Positions 12,332 through 24,025 of a DNA stretch of 64,000 nt are shown here, one piece after another. Both the position numbers and the translations under genes were made by a program. Location of the stretch: NCBI RefSeq assembly GCF_006345805.1, contig NC_043005.1, forward strand, positions 80,166,001 to 80,230,000. The letters are read 5' to 3'. This DNA is from Octopus sinensis. Taxonomy: Eukaryota. The notes beneath the pieces were generated by a model. That model was not told the origin of the DNA and made no database searches. It worked only from the letters and a program-made list of their open reading frames with translations. Within the stretch, counting starts at the first letter, position 1. Each line of letters starts with the position of its first letter.

Positions 12332-12955
12332 GTGATTATATATAAAATGTCAAGTGTTTTGGTGCGTGGATTTTGGCACACCCTGTATCTATAGGTTTTG
12401 CCTGGTCAACAAAAAAATGTTATGTCGTATTTAATGGCTTTAGTCAATATCCATTCGTTAGCTATAATCTACCATTCTACGTGGTTTTACTTAATCATCA
12501 TCCATTGAACATTCATGAATTGCATTAGTTGATGCTTTTTATATATATTAAAATATCATTTTGGTCTGAGTACATTTCTACTCACATAATAAGAAATTCA
12601 TTCGTCTAGCTTGTAAATGCTTCACATCTTGAACGTTGTATGTGACATTGCAAACAATATGATATCGTCATTTTGAAATGTCAAATAGCACATGGCCGAG
12701 TAAAATAAATTTAACATTAGTCAGCATCATCATCATCATCAGAGTTCGCATTTTTTTTTTACAAGCAATGTGTTGTATAAAAGGCGAAACACTCGACTTT
12801 TTCATAACAAACGAGGAAATCTCCTAGTTGACTCTCCTTGGGTGTTCATCGTTTTAGAAATAAGCCGGTGGTGCGGAACGAAATCAGTCTTATACGCTGC
12901 CTTCTTACAAAGGGGACGGACATTTGCTAATTGGTACCGGAGTAGAACCGTATAT

Positions 12956-13187
12956 ATTTCTTTATTGCCCACAAGGGGCTAAACATAGAGGTGACAAACA
13001 AGGACAGACAAAGGGATTAAGTCGATTACATCGACCCCAGTGCGTAACTGGTACTTAATTTATCGACCCCGAAAGGATGAAAGGCAAAGTAGACCTCGGC
13101 GGAATTTGAACTCACAACGTAACGGCAGACGAAATACCGCTACGCATTTCGCCCTGCGTGCTAACGTTTCTGCCAGCTCTCCGCCTT
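12956..13187 (-). mobile_element. Well-preserved SINE family B copy
   Basis: Near full-length unit: head AAGGCGGAGAGCTGGCAGAAACGTTAGCACG, B-box-like GAGTTCAAATTC, central box CTTTGCCTTTCATCCTTTCGGGGTCGATAAATTAAGTACCAG, tail TAGCCCCTTGTGGGCAATAAAGAAAT. Confidence 0.92.
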
Positions 13188-13949
13188 CCGAAGTAGAACA
13201 GTATATGACGAAATGTGGGATGGTCACAGCTGGAATGTCTTGTATTCAGATCTTCTCAATAATCCTTTCTGTTGTAGGCATAAGGCCTGACAGTTTGCAG
13301 GAGAGGAACAGTTGATTACATCGACCCTTCAAAATTTAACTGGTACTTATGTTATTGATCTCGAAAGGATGAAGAATGTGGTCATCGTCGGAATTTGAAC
13401 TTAGACTGAAAAAATGATGTTAAGCATCTTGTCTGACTTGCAACTCGTCGCCTTGATTTTCTCAATAATGGCTGACATAAAGTTAAGCAACAACAATAAC
13501 AATAATAGGTGGCGAAATGGCAGAGTTGTTAGAATGACAGACATAATGTTTCACGATATTTGTTTCGTTTTGAGTTCAAATCTCGCCGAGATCATCTCTG
13601 AATTTCATCCTTTCAGAGATCGATACGAAAAGTAACAATCAAAGGCCATGAATTGTTGGAAGTATGAGAAGGTTAAACCGGATATCTTTCGGCATTTGTT
13701 CCAGCTCTTTGAATTCCAAGTTCCAATCCCACCATGACTTTCCTTGGGTAGACCCGGTTAAACACTGCCACCTGGTACCCTGGTTATATTTCGCGGAGTT
13801 TACCCTGTTGTGAGCATTCAGGCCAGATTTCAGGTTTTAACGATCTTCCCCTCCATCACTCCCGGATGTCCTTTTATCAACTCGTGAGGTCCGCTTTTAC
13901 TTCTAAGTAAAAAAAAAAAATTTCAATGGCCATCAACAATGACATTAGT

Positions 13950-14165
13950 TTCAAATTGGGCCACAAGGTCAGAAAGTTGTGGATGGGGGGCAAGTCAATT
14001 ACATCGACCCTGCTGTTCAACTTGTGCATATTCTATCGGCCGAAAACGATGAAAGGCCAAATCGACGCCAGCGGATTAGAACTCAGATCGTATAGACGGG
14101 CAAAATACTGTCATTTCGCTGTTGTTGCCCTGCATGCAAACGATTCTGCTGGCTCGCCGACTTAG
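13950..14165 (-). mobile_element. SINE family B copy (older)
   Basis: Diagnostic motifs with substitutions. Confidence 0.75.
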
Positions 14166-14249
14166 CTGTCATTAATGATAATGAGAAAGGTACTACAGAC
14201 TAGGATAAGAAACCACTGCAGGAAGCTGTACTATTGCAAAAATGATAGG

Positions 14250-14465
14250 GCAAGCTGGCTTAGCTTTTAGCACGGCGGGAAAAATGATTATAGGCACTTC
14301 GTCAATCATTACGTTACGGGTTCCAATTATGTCCTGATTGCCTTTACCTTTCATCCGTTCGGAGTCGATAAAGTAAGTAGCGGTTGAGTACTGGAGAGAT
14401 TGGGGTGATATAACAAACCCTCTCCTTTCAAAAACTTCTGGTCCTGTGCCAACATTTGAAACAAT
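14250..14465 (+). mobile_element. SINE family B copy (older)
   Basis: TTAGCACGGCGGG...CCTTTCATCCGTTCGGAGTCGATAAAGTAAGTA. Confidence 0.7.
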
Positions 14466-14769
14466 CACGAGTTGCTAGTAGTGTTTTTTAAAGTCTTCTT
14501 TCAACATTCAGTTTACCCGGAAAGAAATGAAGCAGTTATTAATAAGAAGCACTGAAAATACTGCTTGCAAGGTTTTAAAACTCCAGCATCAATCCTTTAG
14601 AATTGGTCTGTGAATTTTTCAGCCAACCCTCATATTATCGTGCTTTACTAATTTCTCTGTTGGTTTTATTTTCGAAGTCATTTGCCCTATTTCCTCCTGC
14701 GCAGATCAACAATAGTTTATACATCTTCCTTTAGATTTCCTTTTCCTTTTCATTGGGTTTATTTTTATA

Positions 14770-14986
14770 CGACGGTGTGTTGAAAAGTTCCTCGTTTTAA
14801 GGGTACCGCGAAAGGCCTAGTTGGAGGCCCAACCTTCTGAGTTCTTTTTAAGAGCTTAGAAAAACTGAAGGACCACTACAATAAGTGTGTGAATCTGAAA
14901 TGGGAATGTATTGAATAAAATCATAATTAACCGATCCTCCTTTATTTTCTTTTACCCAAGGCCAGGAATTTTTCAGCAGTCCCTCG
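14770..14986 (+). mobile_element. Mariner-derived MITE (217 bp), second MITE family
   Basis: TIRs CGACGGTGTGTTGAAAAGTTCCTCG / CCAGGAATTTTTCAGCAGTCCCTCG flanked by TA on both sides. Confidence 0.85.
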
Positions 14987-15879
14987 TATAGCCGTAGTTG
15001 TTCAATGGAAGTTATATGATTTATTTTGTTGTTGCTTTCTTCATCAATCGATACATCCACTAATTGTGTTTTTCTCGTTGCTTTTATATTTTCTACATTG
15101 ATACCACCGAGCAACATACCAATTTACACATGTCCCAGGTCATTCGATATATGCAATCCATATTTATTAACCACTATAACTATTTCCTTTACGCTGGAAT
15201 TTCTCCTTTGAAATATCTAGAACGTAAAAAGAGATCTATTTTTGAAACCAATGGAGAGATTAATTAGTTTATTTTATCGGTCTCAGAAGGACGAATAACA
15301 AATTTAAACTTGGGATCTGGACTTAAAAATGAAACAGCCTGAACAAATATAAAACGTTTTTTAGACACCGAGTGATTCTGTCAGCCCGCATCTTTTAATT
15401 GTGTTGTCACTAATTTAGGATCAAATCTGGTAATTTTGGAGAGAAGGATGTAGTACATATCAGCGACTCAAATGATATACAGCTACTTTATTATATCGAC
15501 CCTGGAGGAATGATAAGCAGAGTTGACTTTATTGAGTTTTGAACTCAAAAGGTAAAGATCTGAATTAAATAATTGTCAGCTATTTTCTGTGACGCTTTAA
15601 TGATTATGTCAAACAACCACTAACCTAATTTAATCGACAGGGAAATTTTCCGATTATCTTATACATAGAAATGATTCATAACTGTCTCTGTTTACTGTAC
15701 TCTTGTGTCATATAAATACGCAATTATTCTTTAAATTGTTGATTTAAGATAAGTGTTATCAACCACTGTACTGTTATTTTTGTATCTATGACTACGAAAT
15801 GTGTCCATATAGCGATTCAGGCTTACGGACATTGATATTTTTTGCAGCTGTACTCATCACAATGCTTCGTTTTAATATT

Positions 15880-16315
<436 letters not shown>

Positions 16316-16333
16316 CTATATTACGATTTTAAA

Positions 16334-16583
16334 AAGCGCTTCTCAATCATCCTTTACCTACGGACCCCTTCCTATTTTACTCAGGTGAACCCTTCTAGGC
16401 ATTCGATGTTCAAAAATTCATATTACATTTTTATACTCAATATTTATTAGGAATTGTATAAAAATGTTTATTTAAATATTTTGCGTATTGTAGGAGTATA
16501 ACTTATTCAATGTAGATAAATACTAAGTACAAAATCTTAAATGGACCCCTATGGACAATATGGCCCCCGGGTGAGAACCGATG
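16334..16583 (+). mobile_element. Putative hAT (Charlie-like) non-autonomous element
   Basis: Ends resemble CAGCGGTTCTCAAC-type TIRs (AGCGCTTCTCAA / TGAGAACCGATG); flanks TTTTAAAA / ATTTAAAG resemble a decayed 8-bp TSD. Confidence 0.5.
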
Positions 16584-17639
16584 ATTTAAAGGAGGTTCCT
16601 TATCAGTGTTCTACTGGAGTACAAAACATCGGGAAAATCTCAGTTAACGAGTAAAGTTTGAGTAAATTATTGTAGCAATGAGCAAGCTGCTACGTCGGAG
16701 CCGGAATATGAACTAACTCCACCCTTCTAAGACATGAACTCAACTACCTACGATCCTGAAATCTGATATTGCCGTGGTAAATAATTATTTCCTGCATTAA
16801 CACAATGCTGTACATTTTTGTAGGAATGTATATACTCCTTTATATAGCTGACACTTACTATTTTCATCCCGTAAGGTGAAATGAAACCAGGTCCGATTTC
16901 AGTTCAGAAAACGAAAGAAAGTAACCTAATACTTTAAGTAATTGTGTTGGGGCTCCCTACTGTTTTATCAGTCCTGTAGTATGTAATAATGATTTATTAT
17001 ATTAGCACAAAACCGTGATATGGTGTAATCATTTAAATCTGCGATCGTACACGAAGGGAAGCACTTCTTTTACTGACTTCAGTGTGATGAAAGTTGTTGT
17101 AACACATATCGCAATTTGAACTCTAAACCTTTTGAGGTACCAGGAGGTTTTACCAGCATTCTAGTAACTCTGACCTCCGCTTTTTCTGCAGAATCTTATG
17201 TAGGTACAGCCCCGAGTTTCTAGATATTGATGGTCCAGAACTGATTAAAATCTGCAGTAATTTACACTAATGTACAGATAACTATATTTCATTTATTTAC
17301 GTAAATTTAGTATTTGCCTTATTCAAAGTGTACTGACCAAGGACGCCATCTCCAGTTCGGGGAAATCATTAACTGAGAAAGGCTTTGGAGCCAAAATGAT
17401 CTGGAAAACCGATATTGTACCTGTAAGGATTTCGAAGGAAACAAAATAAAGGATTATAAAATTTTGAGGATTGATTATAAACGAATCTGACGATTGATTA
17501 ATACTTATATTATTGACTCTGGAAAAGCGAAAAACTTTTGTACTCAGAAAGTAAAGAGTCAGAAGAAACGTTATTAAACATTTGATCCGGTGTGGTAACA
17601 ATTCTGACAACACACCACCTCTTCTTATTCTCGGTAATG

Positions 17640-17850
17640 GTTTCAAATTTTGGCACAGGACCAAAAGATTTTAAGGGGAAGAAGTTCATTACAACGACCA
17701 CAGTTCTTGACTGGTACTTACTTTATCGACCCTGAAAGGCTGAGAGGCAAAGTCGACTGTGACAGAATTTGGACCCAGAACGTAAAGGTGGACGAAACGT
17801 TACTAAGCATTTAGTCCGGTACCATAATTATTCTGCCAAATCGCCGTCTC
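17640..17850 (-). mobile_element. SINE family B copy
   Basis: CTGGTACTTACTTTATCGACCCTGAAAGG...GGCAAAGTCGAC on the plus strand. Confidence 0.8.
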
Positions 17851-18169
17851 TTCTAACTCTCGGTAATAACAATGCCATATGAAAGAATTTGCAATGGTGT
17901 GAGTCAGTATGCACAACTACAGAAATAGCATCAAATAATGCATATCTATTCTGATGTATGTTCAATGTATTATGATTTAGCAATGCCACTTGGAATTGTA
18001 AATTATAGAAAATGAATGAAGAATGAAAAAGATCAGTAAGATGATTAGCTTGTTAACGTAGGAAAAATATGATACTCGTGTAAAGAAAACATACATGCAT
18101 ACATGCATGCATACATGCATGCATATCTGCGAATGAAAAAAAATATGTTAGTATTATTATTCTTTTCTA

Positions 18170-18365
18170 GGCACAAAATTTAGTGGGAGGAGACCAGTCG
18201 ATTAGATCGACCCCAGTATGCAACTGGTGCTTAATTTATCGACTCCGGAAAAAGGAAAAGCAAAGTCAACCTGGCCGGAATTTGAACTCAGAACGTAAAG
18301 ACGAACGAAATACAGGTATGCATTTCGCCCGGCGTGCTAACGTTTCTGCCAGTTCATCGCTTTAT
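18170..18365 (-). mobile_element. SINE family B copy
   Basis: GGAATTTGAACTCAGAACGTAAAGACGAACGAAAT...CGGCGTGCTAACGTTTCTGCCAG on the plus strand. Confidence 0.85.
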
Positions 18366-19495
18366 CATTAATATTATTATTATTATTATTTAAAACAGTT
18401 TGCTTCGGCCCTGTCCATCTTAAAGTATCGTAGGCTTCTTACAGAAAGCCAGTGTTGAATACTTTTTTCTTTCGTTTGTCCACTCATCTGCACACACACT
18501 CACATATATATATGGAAGGATACATAGATAGATGAGAAAGAGAGACATATATGTACGTTAAGCCAGGAGACAGATAGGCATACATAGCTGTATGTGTGTA
18601 TATACACACACACACTTACATATATACACCTAAATAACCGCAGAAGTTGTGTAATGTTGATTGAGATGGATATATAGCTGGGGCAAGAGTTATATTTATC
18701 TAGTAGTAGTAGCAGTAGTAGTAGTAGCAGCAGCAGCCGAATATATAGGGCGTAAGAGAAGCAAAAAATAGTACAATATAGGGGGAGTACAAGCAGATGG
18801 GTAGAGTAAACTTCAGTTGAGAGTGTCTTTACAGAGAGGTGATAAATTGAACAGTTTAAAAGAGAAAAATGAAATAAATTGTTAAATAAAGTTGGAAGAG
18901 AAAACATAAAGACTTAATGAAAAGGAACGTGAAAAATAAAGCATACTTGTCAAGGTGAATGTGTGGGAAAAGAAGAAAAAGAAAACAGTCTGAAAGTGGT
19001 CGTGTCTGAAAGGAAATGTGGCTACAAAAGGGAAGGATCTTGTTGACAATGGCGGCTGGTGAGAAATTTTGCATATAAAGAAGGAAGATGATTTATAACA
19101 TGAAAATTAGATAGTCGTTTACTGAGCGACACAAAATGTAAAATAGGAAGCGATAGAGAGAAAGAAAGAATGAGATTGAGAGAGAGAGAGAGAGAGAGAG
19201 AGAGGCAGTATATACAAAAGATGTCAAAGAAGGATGATTTTGAATGAAAAATAAAAAAAACAGAAATGGAAGAAAAATATAGGAGAAAAAATTAAGAATG
19301 TGTGTTGAAGTGAATGAAAGAAAGAGAAAAGAAGAGAAGACATAGAAATTAGAAAGAAGTTTTAAACATGCGTGCACAGATCCCTGGTAACATAAAAGAA
19401 CTGTGGGTGGGGGTGGTTCATAAGAAAAGAAGATAGAAGAAGATTTAAAGAAAGAAGAAAAAACAACAAAATGTAGTAGCAACAATGAATGAAAT

Positions 19496-19527
<32 letters not shown>

Positions 19528-20709
19528 GTAGGTAGCAGCTAAAATGCAAGATGCCTTGAGGAAGAAAAAAATGGCTGCCCCAAGTGAAGTAGCGGGTGGG
19601 TAAAAAATTTAACAAGTATAAAAATTATATATATATATATATGTGGTTGTGAAAAAGCGGCCTTATTTCAAACAAGATGCAGAGTACACTGAGGTGGGCA
19701 CGACACAGTGTAAGCGAGGTTAAAGGGCCCGAGAAGCACGCCCTCTCCCAGTATGTGTATACGTAGTCAATGGAATATTTTTCTTTTTTCCTTCTTGCTT
19801 AGTTAATTTTTTCCCCTTTATCTTTTTCTTCTTCTTTTCCTCTTTTCTTTTATTTATTTTTTCAAGAGTTATTCATCTTTAAAAGAACCCGTTGAAAGGC
19901 TGGTACGCAACGCTTTTCAACGACAGTCAAAGCTCCCGCTTTGTCGAATAGCAGGGACTGATTTTCAATTTTCTTCAGAACAATTGCCAAGACCGGCTGA
20001 ATAGCGGCGTGTTGATTTCATTACCTTGGACAACAATATCAATTCAGCATACGTCGATTTCACATGAATAGCTTGTATTTGTCTCCGCTCCTCCATTATA
20101 TCAGGAACAAAAGCCTACCATTCTGAACGCCGTTCTCACCCATTCAAACAACCACTTCATATGTATTGTAGTCTATGAATTGAGGTTTCCTCCGTCATGC
20201 GCCGGCATTATATTGACATTATAGTTCCCTTGTTGTACTAAATGATAGCATGGTTATGTTGAACCAGATGAAGAATTAGCGACATTTGAGGTCTTTCAAA
20301 ACTCATTTTAACATTGCTTCTTACTACTACTAAGAAGCAAAACGAAAGAGATAAAGGAGAGAAGAAAAGAGGAAAGAGAATCTAAAATAACAAAATAAAT
20401 AATAAAGAACATTTTTTTTTCTTAAAAACACACTCATACAGATACAGGAAAGAAAGGAAAAGGGAAAAACGAATGGCATAATACACTAGTACTACGTGAC
20501 AACAGCAGTAAATGTTTGTTGTAGCAGACATAAGCTGTAGTATTAGCTGCAGTAGTGTAGATACTGGTACATCAAATACTGAAGGAGAAAAGATCAATAA
20601 TTTTAGTATTAGTAGTAGTAGTAGCAGCAGTAATTTATTACAGCACACAAGTAGTATTTCTGTTTTTTTTTCTTTTTTATCAATGACGTTGGTGTTAGTG
20701 ATAAATCTA

Positions 20710-22440
20710 ATGATATTCACATCATTAATTAAGATGTAAAAATATATTTTCTGTAATTATGTAAACTTCTTACATTAACAGGAAGCCATAGATTTGCGAG
20801 ACAGTAGTTCAAGTTCAATTTATCCACTTGACCTCAGTGTATTACAGTTACATTTTGTCGCGACCCTGGAGACATATGGCCTAACAAAGTAAAGGGACGT
20901 AACTGAACACCGCAATGTATGTAACTCGGATTACTGCAGCCTCTTTTACCACAATGAAATATTTAAAAAATAATTCTTTCAAACTTTAGCATGAGGCCAG
21001 CAGTTTTGAGAGGAGGCGCTAACATAGAGTCCAATGCTCGACTGATCTCGACTTCGGAGTAATTTTAACTCAGAAAGTAAAAACAGACGAAATGCCGAAA
21101 AGCATTTTGTCAGGCGTTCTAACGATTCTACCAGCTCGCTGACCTTTAATAAGAGTTTCAAAATTTAGCTTAAGGCCAACAGATTTGAGGATGATAATTT
21201 GATTACATCGAGCACAGTGCTTCACTTGTACTTACTTTATCGACCCGAAACCATGACAGCTATAGCTAACTTCAACGGTATTTGAACTCAGAAGGTAAAA
21301 CCAGAAGAGATGCCGCTATGCGTTTTGCCCGACGTGCTAACGATTCTGCCAGTTCACAGATTGTAACTAATGGCTTCAAAATTTGCTACAAGGCCAGCAA
21401 CTTTTGGGTGGGTGCAGGTTAATTACATCGACTGCAGTGGTCAAGTACTGCTTATTATATCGAAACTGAAGGGGATGAAAGACAAAGTCAGGATCTGTGG
21501 AAATTCAAAACAGAACGTGGAAACAGACGAAATACCGCTAAGCATTTTGTCAAACATGTTAACGATTCTGCCCGCTCGCTGCCTTAACTTTTAGAAATTA
21601 ATAACGGTTTTAAATTTTAGAACAATATTAGCAAGTTCGATAGTTGTGGCTAGTCGATTACATCGACCACACCCCACTGCACAACAGATACATAATTTAT
21701 CGACCCCGAAATCGAAATGATAAAATGTAAAGTCGACCCCCGCGAAATTCGAAACCAGAATGTAAAGATGGACGAAATGACACGAAATGCTCTCCTCGGC
21801 GTGCTAACCAGCTCTCCTCTTTAGCTTATAGACATTGATAATAATATTAATACTTTTTAATATGCTTTTATACTCTATTTTGGGAGTGGGGGCCAGTCGA
21901 TTATATCGACCCCAGTACGCAACTAGTACTCAATTTATCGACCCCCGAAAGCATGAAAGGCAAAGTCGACCTCGGCGGAATTTGAACTCAGAACGTAAAG
22001 ACTGATGAAATACCCATTTCTTTAATACCTACCAGGGGCTAAACAGAGAGAGGACAAACAAGGACGGACAAACGGATTAAGTCGATTATATCGACCCCAG
22101 TGCGTAACTGGTACTTATTTAATCGACCCCGAAAGAATGAAAGGCAAAGTCGACCTCGTCGGAATTTGAACTCAGAACGTAACGGCAGACGAAATACCGC
22201 TAAGCATTTCGCCGGTTTGCTAACTATTCTGCCAGCTCGCCGCCTTTAATACTTTTTAATATTGAAGTAAAAAGGAACGTGACAGCTTTTAAACTACTAC
22301 ATTGACATAACTTGGCTAGTATTGACCCAGCATTTTATTTTCATCGATCTGTGAAGGACGAAATACAGAGCTATCTAGAACGAGATTAGTACTCAGAATG
22401 TAGAATCATAAGAGAACTTTGCAAGCATTCTTATAACAAA
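20710..22440 (+). repeat. Arm 1 of an inverted segmental duplication (about 270 bp non-SINE block plus SINE B array)
   Basis: Colinear reverse-complement match to 29650-30841, including non-SINE linkers such as GATTGTAACTAATGGCTTCAAAATTTGCTACAA. Confidence 0.9.
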
Positions 22441-22450
22441 AATTCCAATA
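20980..22450 (-). mobile_element. Head-to-tail array of about seven SINE family B units
   Basis: Units of about 200 bp at about 20980, 21150, 21370, 21610, 21871, 22016 and 22300, all on the minus strand. Confidence 0.85.
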
Positions 22451-22519
22451 CAGTTGCCTATATTGAGCCAGCGGATGGTCGGTATTTCATTGTAACAATC
22501 TCCAATGTATGAGAAGAAA

Positions 22520-22680
22520 ACTCGACTTCTTTCTGTTTCCGCCTACTGAACCCACTCACAAGGTTTGGTCGGCTCGAGGCTATAGCAGAAGACATTTGCT
22601 CAAGATGCCACTCAGTGAGACTGAGCCCGGAACCATGTGGTTGAGAAGCAATCTACTTACAACACAGCCACACCTTGGCC
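22520..22680 (-). mobile_element. SINE family A 5' half
   Basis: CCACTCACAAGG...GAGGCTATAGCAGAAGACA...CCCGGAACCATGTGG...ACAACACAGCCAC on the plus strand. Confidence 0.8.
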
Positions 22681-22784
22681 TATATTCTTAGATAATTCTT
22701 CAATAATTAGACTTAAGCCGAAATTTGAAACCGACATTCTTAAATAATTATGACGATTTGTTGCACAATCATGCGGTAAGTTTT

Positions 22785-23224
22785 AAGGCGGCGCGCTGGC
22801 AGAAAATGATAGCACGCCGGGCGAAATGCTTAGTGGTATTTCGTCTGTCATTACGTTCTGAGTTCAAATTCCACCGAGGTCGACTTTGCCTTTCATACTT
22901 TCGGGGTCGATAAATTAAGTACCAGTTACGCACTGGGGTCGATGTAATCGACTTAATACCTATGTCTGTCCTTGTTTGTCCCCTCTGTGTTTAGCCCCTT
23001 GTGGGTAATAAAGAAATAGAAATAGGTATTTCGTCTGTCATTACGTTCTGAGTTCAAATTCCGCCGAGATTGACTTTGCCTTTCATTCTTTCGGAGTCGA
23101 TATATTAAGTACCAGATGCGTACTGGAGTCGTTATATTAAGTACCAGTTGCGTACTGAGGTCGATCTAATCGACTAGCCCCCTCTCCCAAAATTTCGGTC
23201 CTTTTGCCTAGAGTAGAAAAGAAT
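22785..23224 (+). mobile_element. Dimeric SINE family B (full monomer plus 5'-truncated monomer from 23025)
   Basis: Full unit ending AATAAAGAAATA, then a restart at GGTATTTCGTC and a different tail (CCCCCTCTCCCAAAATTTCGG...AGAGTAGAAAAGAAT). Confidence 0.88.
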
Positions 23225-23369
23225 CTTAAGGTAAGGCATTTACGAATATTGTTCTAGTCAGTTATGTCGACTCTATTGCTTCTGATTTCTCCTTCGGTGA
23301 AAGATGAAAAGAAATGAGGACCTCAGCCATATTTCAGTAATGATCGTTAAAAATTTAACAACTGATCCA

Positions 23370-23610
23370 TACTCTTTATTCTCCCTCTTTACTCTTTTAC
23401 TTGTTTCAGTCATTTGACTGCGGCCAAGCTGGAGCACCGCCTTTAATCGAGCAATTCGATCCCGGGACTTATTCTTTTGTAAGCTCAGTACTTATTCTAC
23501 CGGTCTCATTTGCCGAACCGCTAAGTAACAGGGACATAAACACACCAGCATCGGTTGTCAAGCAATGCTAGGGGGACAAACACAGACACACAAACACACA
23601 AACGCACACA

Positions 23611-23697
<87 letters not shown>

Positions 23698-23855
23698 TAC
23701 GACGGGCTTCTTTCAGTTTCCGTGTACCAAATCCACTCACAAGGCTTAGGTCGGCCCGAGGCTATAGTAGAAGACACCTGCCCAAGGTGCCACGCAGTGC
23801 GACTGAACCCGGAACCATGTGGTTGGTAAACAAGCTACTTACCACACAGCCACTC
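23370..23855 (-). mobile_element. Full-length SINE family A
   Basis: Complete reverse-complement match to the copy at 44350-44774, with central (TA)n. Confidence 0.92.
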
Positions 23856-23991
23856 ATTCAATCGATGGTCGCAGAATAATAACTGGCTTACTGCAGCTCG
23901 CTGGCCTATTCTACATTGAATTTGTACATGTCTCTCAAAAACACTGCCCTACATTCTGCCGATGTTCGGAGATTGAGTTTAAGCATTCTTG

Positions 23992-24025
<34 letters not shown>

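Noticed and set aside
12355-12390. Tc1/mariner-like terminus ATTTTGGCACACCCTGTA
   Set aside because: Only one end is visible, with no matching TIR or internal sequence.
20980-22450. CRISPR-like repeat-spacer array
   Set aside because: Units are about 200-bp diverged SINEs in eukaryotic DNA; there are no short identical repeats and no cas genes.
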